DNA from: a bacterium
GTDB taxonomy: Bacteria; SAR324; NAC60-12
Reading direction: 5' to 3'
DNA: 64,000 nucleotides
Assembly (NCBI GenBank): GCA_965233585.1
Contig: CBDDTI010000746.1
Location: forward strand, 640,001 to 704,000
A program made the position numbers and the translations under genes. Positions 1-7,989 of the stretch are shown here, in pieces. Each line of letters starts with the position of its first letter. Position 1 is the stretch's first letter. Under the pieces are notes generated by a model. The model did not search any database. It was not told the origin of the DNA and was given only the letters and a program-made list of their open reading frames with translations.

Positions 1-2106
1 CAGTTAGATAAAAAAACGAACGCCAGTTTTAAGCTACAAACAGATTTGACTCTGAAGAAGACAGATGTGGGCAAGGGTCAAGTTGTTGTGCCAAATGAAA
101 AACCCAGCACGCCAAGTGAAGTGAAAACGAGCGAGGTCAAAGCCAGCAGTGTCAAAGTCAGTTGGTCGCCTTCAGCAGATTCTGATGGTGAAGTGGCAGG
201 TTATGAAGTCTCTTACAAGACAAGTAGCGGGTCATGGACTGGCACACAAACCACCACTCAAACCAGTTTGATTGTGTCAGGATTACAGCCTGAGACCAGC
301 TACACTTTCCGTGTTCGTGCCAAAGATGATGAGGGAGACTGGAGTGCTTATGAAGAAAGCCAACCTGTCAAGACGCCTGAAGCTGCCAATCAACCACCCA
401 GCAAACCTAGCACCATCAGCACCAGCCAAGTCACTGCGAGTAGTATCAAGGTCTCATGGTCTGCTGCCACAGACTCTGACGGAAGTATTGCAGGCTATGA
501 AATCTCTTACAAATCAGGCAATAATGTTTTTTGGACAGGAATCAGCACGACAGCCAGCACGACTTACAGCTTCAATCAATTACAACCTGCCACCAGCTAC
601 ACCTTCCGTGTTCGTGCCAAAGATGATGACGGAGATTGGAGTCCTTACCAGACAAGCACTGCTGTCAGCACTGCACCCAATGCACCAACTGCGCTTGCTG
701 TCTCTGCTAGAAGCCTGACTTTTATGATGACTTCAGGCAGCAGCTATGAATGCTCCAAAGATGCTGGCACAACCAAAACCAACTGCAACAGCCCCTTTAG
801 TTTTGGCGATGATGCCATTGCCAAAGACAAGCTCTGCGTCCGTGTCAAAGCATCAGGCAATACGCCTGCTTCTGATTGGAGTTGCTACAGCCAAGCCATT
901 AATCAACCACCAAGCAAACCCAGCAACATCAGCACCAGTCAAGTCACTGGCAGCAGCATCACGGTCTCATGGACTGCTTCCACTGATTCTGATGGAAGCA
1001 TTGCAGGCTATGAAGTCTCTTACAAAGAAGAAAGTGGCACATGGACAGGCACACAAACCACCACACAAACCACTTATACTTTCAGCAACCTCACTTGGGT
1101 AACTTCTTACACTTTCAGAGTCAAATCAAAGGATAATGATGGAGAATACAGCTCTTATACAACTAGCTCTTCAGTCAAAACAAAATCAGACAAAACTTTC
1201 GGTGGAAGCGACAGGGACGGTGCTAATTCTATCATTCAAACGTCTGATGGCGGATATGTTGTTGCTGGTTACACTAAAAGTAAAGGAGCAGGTGATAGAG
1301 ATTGGCATATCATCAAATTAAATTCTACTGGCAACCAAGTCTGGGACAAAACCTTCGGTGGAAGTCATGATGACTATGCTAATTCTATCATTCAAACGTC
1401 TGATGGCGGATATGTTGTTGTTGGAATTAAGACTCTCTCAAATGGTAGTTCTTGGTATAATTCTTCTTGGATCATCAAATTAAATTCTAGTGGCAATCAA
1501 GTCTGGGATAAAATTTTTAGGTCTTCAACATTTTGGAGTCTAGGCGGAAATGTCTATACTTATTCCGTAGTTCAAACATCTGATAGCGGATATGTTTTGG
1601 GTGTGAATAGAAATCTTATCAAATTAAATTCTAATGGTAACAAAGTTTGGGATAAACCCTTTCATCGCAGCAGGCTTGACACAGCTAGCTCCATCATTCA
1701 AACGTCCGATGGCAGATATGTTGTTGCTGGATATACACTTACTGGTAATAGTTATAATGTGTATATTGCCAATTTAAGTTCTTCTGGAAGACTAAGATGG
1801 CATAGAAACTTTGGTGGAAGTAACGATGATGGTGCTGATTCTATCATTCAAACGTCTGATGGCGGATATGTTGTTGCTGGTTACACTAAAAGTAAAGGAG
1901 CAGGAGATAGTGATGCTTGGATCATCAAATTAAATTCTAATGGTAACAAGGTCTGGGATAAAACCTTCGGTGGAAGCGACAGGGACGGTGCTAATTCTAT
2001 CATTCAAACGTCTGATGGCGGATATGTTGTTGCTGGTTACACTAAAAGTAAAGGAGCAGGAGATAGTGATGTTTGGCTCATCAAATTAGATGCCAATGGA
2101 AATTAG
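1..2106 (+). CDS. Large surface/extracellular protein, 5'-truncated by the window: 3 fibronectin type III domains, a small Cys-containing linker domain and a C-terminal six-repeat QTSDGGYVVAG beta-propeller-like domain
   Basis: Frame is open from position 1 (CAG TTA GAT...). FN3 motifs SW...DSDG..AGYEVSY...L.P.TSYTFRVRAKD occur three times; six DKTFGG...IIQTSDGGY..W.IKL repeats follow. Confidence 0.85.
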   Translation, partial: QLDKKTNASFKLQTDLTLKKTDVGKGQVVVPNEKPSTPSEVKTSEVKASSVKVSWSPSADSDGEVAGYEVSYKTSSGSWTGTQTTTQTSLIVSGLQPETSYTFRVRAKDDEGDWSAYEESQPVKTPEAANQPPSKPSTISTSQVTASSIKVSWSAATDSDGSIAGYEISYKSGNNVFWTGISTTASTTYSFNQLQPATSYTFRVRAKDDDGDWSPYQTSTAVSTAPNAPTALAVSARSLTFMMTSGSSYECSKDAGTTKTNCNSPFSFGDDAIAKDKLCVRVKASGNTPASDWSCYSQAINQPPSKPSNISTSQVTGSSITVSWTASTDSDGSIAGYEVSYKEESGTWTGTQTTTQTTYTFSNLTWVTSYTFRVKSKDNDGEYSSYTTSSSVKTKSDKTFGGSDRDGANSIIQTSDGGYVVAGYTKSKGAGDRDWHIIKLNSTGNQVWDKTFGGSHDDYANSIIQTSDGGYVVVGIKTLSNGSSWYNSSWIIKLNSSGNQVWDKIFRSSTFWSLGGNVYTYSVVQTSDSGYVLGVNRNLIKLNSNGNKVWDKPFHRSRLDTASSIIQTSDGRYVVAGYTLTGNSYNVYIANLSSSGRLRWHRNFGGSNDDGADSIIQTSDGGYVVAGYTKSKGAGDSDAWIIKLNSNGNKVWDKTFGGSDRDGANSIIQTSDGGYVVAGYTKSKGAGDSDVWLIKLDANGN
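1189..2103 (+). repeat. Six coding repeats of about 144-162 bp (propeller blades)
   Basis: Units start at about 1189, 1345, 1507, 1651, 1801 and 1957; 1198-1292 is identical to 1966-2060 (95 bp). Confidence 0.9.
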
Positions 2107-2310
2107 GCGAAAAAACCCACTACCAAGCAAGACTTACCCATCCAAATTGGCTCTGACCAATACAAAGTCATCACGGCTTAACACGACCACAGCTTAGCCA
2201 TCAAACAAGACGGCACGCTCTGGGCATGGGATAAAAATCAAGCTGGACAACTAGGCAATGGTATCCGCATCATTCAAAAAACCCCCATGCGTGTCCCCAT
2301 TTTTAAGTAA
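2107..2310 (+). pseudogene. Decayed RCC1/BLIP-II repeat C-terminal remnant, in frame with the FN3 gene
   Basis: Translates as AKKPTTKQDLPIQIGSDQYKVITA*HDHSLAIKQDGTLWAWDKNQAGQLGNGIRIIQKTPMRVPIFK*, matching the RCC1 pattern HSLAL..DGTLWAWG.N..GQLG.G...P; no start codon and an internal TAA. Confidence 0.8.
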
Positions 2311-2499
2311 TAAGTGCTTCTGCCTTTGGCATTTACCAGCCCTTCTCTAGCAGAGGGGAATTGAAGCACTCTGTCCTTCGGTTCATTGCTCTCGTTTTCC
2401 TGACTTTTTTAGGTTGCCATTTCTCTTTTTTGAGTGCGTTGTGTTAGAATCTTTTTGGATTTTACTTTATTTATGACTAACTCTAATTAAAAGCTCTTT

Positions 2500-3042
2500 A
2501 TGACCGATGAAGAACTAAAACAGTTGGTGGCTTCTAATGCACAAGCCATTCAGGAACTCAGACCAGCAGTTGCTAGCATGGTGCGGGGCATTCAGAGGAT
2601 GGAAAACTTCATCAGCAATACTTCGGAGATTTTAGAAGGTCGTCTGTGCCGTTCTGTGGAACAGGTTATAGAAAAATATGGCTTCATTGAAATTGGAGGC
2701 ATTCGCTACGACGAAGTGGAACAAAACCTCAAAGGGAAAAATGGCATCACGGCTCAATACGATCTTGTGTTGTTCAGCAAAACAAAACATTTGCTTTTGA
2801 TAGAAGTCAAACGCAAACCTCATGTCAAAGATTTCCAACAAGTGCTTCGGCAGAAAGAGACCTTTCCTAAATTGTTTCCAAGTTATCAAGACTATACAAT
2901 CCATTGCGGTTTGGCAGGAGAAGTCTTTTATGACGAACTCATCAGTGAGGCAGAAGAAGAAGGCATTTATCTTTTTCAAGAACAAGCGGGAGAATTACAG
3001 GTCATCACGTCTGCTTCGTTGCAACCACAGCTGGAAGCGTAG
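2500..3042 (+). CDS. Coiled-coil plus PD-(D/E)XK nuclease-like protein (DUF3782-like)
   Basis: N-terminal MTDEELKQLVASNAQAIQEL coil; QYDLV...LIEVKRK nuclease-type motif. Confidence 0.6.
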   Translation: MTDEELKQLVASNAQAIQELRPAVASMVRGIQRMENFISNTSEILEGRLCRSVEQVIEKYGFIEIGGIRYDEVEQNLKGKNGITAQYDLVLFSKTKHLLLIEVKRKPHVKDFQQVLRQKETFPKLFPSYQDYTIHCGLAGEVFYDELISEAEEEGIYLFQEQAGELQVITSASLQPQLEA

Positions 3043-3080
3043 AATCCTGAACGCTGGTTTTCTTTTTTCCTAAACTACCC

Positions 3081-3719
3081 CGTCATTGTGGGCTTGACCC
3101 GCAATCTCCTTCTTTTTCCCAACAACTCCTTTTTTTGAGATTCTGAATCAAGTTCAGAATGACGGATTTGAGTCATTCCCCTGTTTTCACAAGAGGCAGG
3201 CTCTGAGTTCTCTTCGTCATCCCTGCGAAAGCAGGAATCCATGCTTGGTTTGGTGATAGATTCCGCATCAAGTGCAGAATGACAACTATTGTCATTCGTA
3301 GCGAAAGAACGTCACCCCTGTGAAAACAGGGGCAGGAATCCAGTCACGTTAGTAATCTGTGCTTGGTTTAAGATAGATTCCGCATCAAGTGCGGAATGAC
3401 GGGAGGATTGCATGTTGTCTCTTCGTCCTTGCGGGCTTGACCCGCAATCTCACTCTTGTTTTTTAAGATTCCGCATCAAGTGTGGAATGACTGGGAGAAG
3501 CACAGAATGACAGGAGGATTTTGCTGTGTTGCACTTGGTCATTCCTGCGAAAGCAGGAATCCATGCCTTGTTTAGGGTAGATTCCGCATCAAGTGCGGAA
3601 TGACTTGATTGCTGTGCAGAATGACGGGAGAACGTTTGAGATTGCGGGTCAAGCTCGCAATGACGGAAAGACTGCTGGAGATTCCCTGTCAAGTGTGGAA
3701 TGACGAAAGGACTGTCATT
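3081..3719. repeat. Mosaic array of about 13 GTCA-tagged ~26-bp palindromic units (REP/BIME/NIME-like), both orientations
   Basis: Units GTCATTCCGCACTTGATGCGGAATCT, GTCATTGCGGGCTTGACCCGCAATCT, GTCATTCCTGCGAAAGCAGGAATCC and variants, separated by short spacers. Confidence 0.9.
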
Positions 3720-3728
3720 AGAAAATAA

Positions 3729-4489
3729 GGTATTGTTAAACTATAAGTGATATGCGATATTAAGTTCATTTAATTGAATTGATAGTCATGGTGTAGCAAT
3801 GAAGTCGTGTCCTAGATGTGAAAGTGAGAAGACGGTTAAGAATGGTTTTTTATATGGTAAACCGAGGAGGCGTTGCAATGCCTGCAACTATCAATATACC
3901 AAGTCCTATCGTGGCCAAATCTCACCACAGATCAAAAGAAGAGCATTAGAGTTGTATTTGGAGGGTCTTGGTTTCAGGTCAATCGGTCGTTTGCTGAATT
4001 GTTCTCATGTTTCAGTTTATAATTGGGTCTGTAGTTTTGGCGAACAGCTCAAGGCATTAAGATAAGGACACAGACATTGAAATTATGGAAATTGATGAAA
4101 TGCACACCTACATCCAGTCAAAAAAAACTACTGCTGGCTCTGGATTGCTGTTGATAGATGTGGGAAGCAATTTATCAATTGTGTGCTTGGAAACAGAGAC
4201 TCAAAAGCCTGTAGGCATTTATGGGACAAGGTCAAGGAAACAAAACCTCTTCAGGTGATGACTGATCACTGGAAGGCTTACAAACAAGTCATTCCCAAAG
4301 AAATTCATACATGTTCCAAGGCAGAAACATACACGATAGAAGGGTATAATTCTCTCTTGAGACATTTCTTGGCAAGAATGAGAAGGAAAACCAAATGTTA
4401 CAGCAAGTCTCTTAAAGCATTACAATATTCTGTTCTTTTGTTCATGGCAAAACGGAATAATCAACTATCACTTATTACTTAACAATGCC
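3729..4489 (+). mobile_element. IS1-family insertion sequence (761 bp)
   Basis: 24-bp imperfect terminal IRs: GGTATTGTTAAACTATAAGTGATA and (reverse complement) GGCATTGTTAAGTAATAAGTGATA. Flanks GAAAATAA / AAAAATAA give a 7/8 match target duplication. InsA/InsB-like reading frames inside. Confidence 0.9.
3799..4482 (+). pseudogene. IS1-family transposase (InsA zinc finger/HTH plus InsB DDE), with an extra frameshift near 4060
   Basis: CPRC...CNAC zinc finger and HTH. The IDEMHTYIQSKK segment lies in another frame after TAA 4063-4065; slippery TCAAAAAAAAC at about 4118-4128 leads to NYCWLWIAVD...MTDHW...IEGYNSLLRH. Confidence 0.8.
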
Positions 4490-4533
4490 AAAAATAATTA
4501 TTTTTTGAAAAAGAAAATTGTTTTTGATTGAAA

Positions 4534-5757
4534 TCAAAAAAAGTGAAATACCACTTGAATTAAGTCTAATTCCCACTCGTAAAATTTGACTTTTTTGCCT
4601 TCTTCTAATTCCATTTCTAAATCAGGGGTATAGCGAATGTTGGTGCGAAGCACGAAAAATTGATTCATCGTAGGGCGAATATCCCACCCTGTTATCAAGC
4701 CCGGTTTGTTCACTGTCTCTTTCTTATCCCAAACGATTTTTCCTTCATCTCTTTCATAGTAGCTCATCTCCACTTGGTTCAGGCTCAAGCCAATATAGGG
4801 GTCAAATCCCTGATAATCAAAAATAAAGCTGTAAACCTCAAGACTTGTGTTGGTCTGTGAGATGGTATTTTTTAGACCAAAGGCGTCTTGACTATTGGTA
4901 AACTCACGATAAGAGATATTAAATTGAGTTTCTTTTTCTCTCCACCACCAACCTACTGCAAGGTCTAGTGCTAGATCACTGATAGGTTCTTGGTGTAAAA
5001 ATGGTCTCTCTTCTTCCAAATATGATGATTCACCTTGAACCCATGCGAACACTCCACCGATTCCTACTGTCAAGTTGTTGCCTGTGACTTGGATACGGGA
5101 AGGATCTGCGGCACCAGCAGTGGTTTCAAAAGAGTATTTATAACCAGCCCAGATGGATTGTTCTGGGAGCTTGACTTTGATAGCTTGGTCTCTTGTGATG
5201 TAGTAATCTATTTTCAGACGATGTGCATTAATTTTTTGGACTCCTGCTTCTAACATACCAATAGGTGTCGCCCAAACTAGTCCATAATTCCAACTTGTAC
5301 GATTTTTTGTAATCTCTGCCCCTTTTTCCCCGTCATCAGATTGGAGGTAATTCAAGGGATTCCAAGCAATGCCAACAAAAGGACTGACCCACCAAAGGCT
5401 AATTGGGATTGGATAAAACCTAAAACCTGTTTCAATGCCATGTGTGTAAGAGATACTTAAATCTCCTTCTTTTGTTTCGCTTCTTATAGGAAAAGAGACA
5501 TAAGCGTCAGCAAATCCCCAAAAGTGCAATGCACCGATAGTCAATCTTGTCTCAGAGTTGGGACGCAATGAAACCTCCTCTAACTCCCCATTTCTTAAAA
5601 CACTCGTTTCTATATCTTCAGAAAAACTCATTTGACCGATACCCAAATAGGTTTGTGCAAAAGAAAATCGTTCGTAATTTTCAGGATAGGCTTGTGCAAA
5701 TGCCATTTGTGCAGAGAAGAACATGATGACAAACAGCCATTTAGTTATTTTTAACAT
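4534..5757 (-). CDS. Exported, probably outer-membrane beta-barrel hypothetical protein
   Basis: Signal peptide (AFA-Q), alternating aromatic beta-strand pattern, terminal Phe. Confidence 0.6.
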   Translation of the reverse strand: MLKITKWLFVIMFFSAQMAFAQAYPENYERFSFAQTYLGIGQMSFSEDIETSVLRNGELEEVSLRPNSETRLTIGALHFWGFADAYVSFPIRSETKEGDLSISYTHGIETGFRFYPIPISLWWVSPFVGIAWNPLNYLQSDDGEKGAEITKNRTSWNYGLVWATPIGMLEAGVQKINAHRLKIDYYITRDQAIKVKLPEQSIWAGYKYSFETTAGAADPSRIQVTGNNLTVGIGGVFAWVQGESSYLEEERPFLHQEPISDLALDLAVGWWWREKETQFNISYREFTNSQDAFGLKNTISQTNTSLEVYSFIFDYQGFDPYIGLSLNQVEMSYYERDEGKIVWDKKETVNKPGLITGWDIRPTMNQFFVLRTNIRYTPDLEMELEEGKKVKFYEWELDLIQVVFHFF

Positions 5758-5951
5758 GATTCAATACCTCGTAAAAATGTGAATAAAAATACATCTTAAT
5801 ATTTTATTGTTTTTTTTACAAATAGAAATTTATGTTCTTTTGCAAATATTAGAAAGACCGGCTTTTCATTTAAAATTTAGAAATTGCCATTCAACATGTG
5901 CCTTGTTAGAATGGCAAACTTTCTTCAATTCATTTCTATCAAACAGTCATT

Positions 5952-6557
5952 ATGAAATTAACTTTAATCAGTGGCAGTCATCGTCAAAATTCACAAAGTT
6001 TGAAGGTTGCAAAATACTTGGAAAAGCGTGCATTGGCATTAGACTTCAAAGAAACAAAAGTCATAGATTTGTCCCAAGAAAATCTTCCTATGTGGGATGA
6101 AGAGTTTTGGCAAAATACTTCAAAGTGGCAAAAAGCATGGGGAGAAATTTCAGAGGAGCTAAAGACTTCAGATGCTTTTGCCATCATCACTCCTGAATGG
6201 TCTGGAATGGCAACCCCTGCCGTCAAGAACTTCTTACTTTTGTGTTCTTCTCAAGAGGTTGGCTATAAACCTGCTGTTTTAGCTGGCGTTTCTGCCTCCA
6301 TCGGTGGAACATATCCTATCTCAGAATTAAAACAATTCGGTTCAAAAAATAACCATCTCATTTATACTCCGGAGCATTTGGTCGTTCGCAATGCCGTGAA
6401 ACTCTTTGAAAATGAACAACCTGTTGACGAACATGAGGCGAATTTAAGAGACACCATCAACTACTCATTAAAAGTCTTGTTGAAAATGGCAGAGGCTCTC
6501 AAACAGGTGAGAACAAGCGGAGTGTTAGATTATAAAAACTTCCCTTATGGCATGTAA
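5952..6557 (+). CDS. NADPH-dependent FMN reductase family protein
   Basis: ISGSHR..SQS, TPEWSGM..PAVKN and KPA motifs. Confidence 0.85.
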   Translation: MKLTLISGSHRQNSQSLKVAKYLEKRALALDFKETKVIDLSQENLPMWDEEFWQNTSKWQKAWGEISEELKTSDAFAIITPEWSGMATPAVKNFLLLCSSQEVGYKPAVLAGVSASIGGTYPISELKQFGSKNNHLIYTPEHLVVRNAVKLFENEQPVDEHEANLRDTINYSLKVLLKMAEALKQVRTSGVLDYKNFPYGM

Positions 6558-6796
6558 TCTCTGGTAAAAGATATGACAATTTGGGACGTGTTTCTGTTTC
6601 ATCAAGACTGTCAGTTGTTTGAGCAATATATCTTGCATCAGACAATGAATTTAGATGATGGTATGCCATCATTAACACAGCCTCAGCAGAATCATTGACT
6701 TGGCATGATGCAATCACAACATGGCTTAGACCTACCTTGTCAAGTTCTATGACCCCAATCGCTTTGAGAATCTGTTCAACCCAAATTGGTTTAGAG

Positions 6797-6825
6797 TTGC
6801 ATATTCATTTGCAATCATCTAAAAT
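6797..6825 (+). promoter_or_regulatory. Putative sigma70 promoter for tRNA-Arg and the che cluster
   Basis: TTGCAT-N17-TAAAAT about 43 nt upstream of the tRNA. Confidence 0.5.
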
Positions 6826-6867
6826 GCAAAACTTTTTCATACTGGGTGTTTGTTGTAGTTGACGTTG

Positions 6868-6943
6868 GCTCCTGTAGTTTAATCGGATAAAACGGTGGTT
6901 TCCTAAACCGCAGTTTGGGGTTCAATTCCCTACGGGAGCGCCA
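6868..6943 (+). tRNA. tRNA-Arg(CCT)
   Basis: Acceptor stem GCTCCTG/CGGGAGC, D-loop GG, anticodon arm GTGGT-TT-CCT-AA-ACCGC, T-loop TTCAATT, encoded CCA. Confidence 0.93.
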
Positions 6944-6957
6944 ACAGAGATCAAATC

Positions 6958-7449
6958 ATGGAGAATTACTCAAAATCAAATCACAAAGAAGAACAGGCTT
7001 CTCTGTATTTCAAGCTGATTATTTTTAAGGTCAACGACCAACTTTTTTGCTTTGAAATTGAAAAGATTCAAGAAGTTATTCGTTCACCCAAAGTCATGCC
7101 TACTCATAGTCCGTCAGGGTTCATTGAAGGCGTGATTGACCTGCGAGAGAATATTATCCCTGTTGTGTCTTTAAGCAACATTCTGTATCCTAAACATGAA
7201 TCAGGAATTGGAGAAAGAATTATTGTTGTGGACATTTCGCAATACATTTTTGGATTGATTGTAGACCATGTGAACGAGGTGATGGATATTTCGTCCAGTG
7301 AGTTTCAACCGCCACCGCCTGGACTCAGTGTTGGAAACTCCAGTTATATCAAGGGAATCGCACACCTCAAAAATGAAATCCTCTTCTTTCTGGATATAGA
7401 AAAAGTCTTCAATCTGGAACAAATTTTGCAGAATGGGGACTCAATTTAA
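6958..7449 (+). CDS. cheW: Chemotaxis coupling protein CheW
   Basis: F.I..IQEVIR...P...FIEGVIDLRENIIPVV...GLIVDHVNEV. Confidence 0.9.
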   Translation: MENYSKSNHKEEQASLYFKLIIFKVNDQLFCFEIEKIQEVIRSPKVMPTHSPSGFIEGVIDLRENIIPVVSLSNILYPKHESGIGERIIVVDISQYIFGLIVDHVNEVMDISSSEFQPPPPGLSVGNSSYIKGIAHLKNEILFFLDIEKVFNLEQILQNGDSI

Positions 7450-7452
7450 AAG

Positions 7453-7953
7453 ATGTCAGATCAAACAGCCAAGCTCATTACCAAACAAAATTTTCTTGAA
7501 AAGAGTCGTGATGCGTCCAACCGATCTGAAGAAGAGCTTGACCTCGTTTGTTTTTCTATCCAAGATGAAACTTACGGCATTGAACTTTCTCTTTTGCAGG
7601 AAATTTTGAAGGTCAAAAATATCACTATTGTTCCTCAAGGTCCCGATGCCCTCATTGGAATTATCAATTTGCGTGGTGTTTTGATTAGTATTGTCAACTT
7701 TAAAAAATGTTTGGGGGTTAAAGAACCAAATGAGACATCTGACCAGTCCAGAATTTTGATTGTGGATTATAAAAGAAGGCTCACAGGGATTTTGGTAGAT
7801 CAGGTTCAAGAGATTGTAAGAATCCACAAAAAAAGACTGGCTGACCCGCCCGAAGAGTCAAGCCACCCCAAAGATGACATGATTGCGTTTATTGCTAAAT
7901 TGGAGTCTGAAGAAATTATTATTCCCAATTTAGAAAAGTTATTTCAGTCTTAA
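7453..7953 (+). CDS. cheW: Chemotaxis coupling protein CheW (second copy)
   Basis: YGI..LQEIL...VP..P..LIGIINLRG...GILVDQVQEIV. Confidence 0.9.
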   Translation: MSDQTAKLITKQNFLEKSRDASNRSEEELDLVCFSIQDETYGIELSLLQEILKVKNITIVPQGPDALIGIINLRGVLISIVNFKKCLGVKEPNETSDQSRILIVDYKRRLTGILVDQVQEIVRIHKKRLADPPEESSHPKDDMIAFIAKLESEEIIIPNLEKLFQS

Positions 7954-7989
7954 CCTTATTTATTTAACCCTATTTTCAGAAAAAGTTTT

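Noticed and set aside
1189..2103. Diversity-generating retroelement target
   Set aside because: Differences among repeats are not adenine-specific, and no reverse transcriptase or template repeat is in the window.
3450..3692. ORFs inside the palindrome arrays (also 36928-37206, 37076-37300, 37297-37488)
   Set aside because: Translations such as WIPAFAGMT and CHSALDAES are typical read-throughs of these repeats, with no RBS support.
3081..3719. CRISPR array interpretation of this array and of 36849-37533
   Set aside because: Units alternate in orientation, have several different cores, irregular and reused spacers, and no cas genes or leader are present.
6499..6840. Minus-strand ORF MKKFCILDDCK*ICNSK... 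with an in-frame TGA, a possible selenoprotein
   Set aside because: The downstream hairpin has a CCAA loop lacking the usual SECIS G, the peptide resembles no family I know, and it overlaps both the tRNA promoter and the FMN reductase 3' end.
6868..6943. tRNA-Arg as attachment site of a genomic island
   Set aside because: No repeat of the tRNA 3' end and no integrase found in the window.
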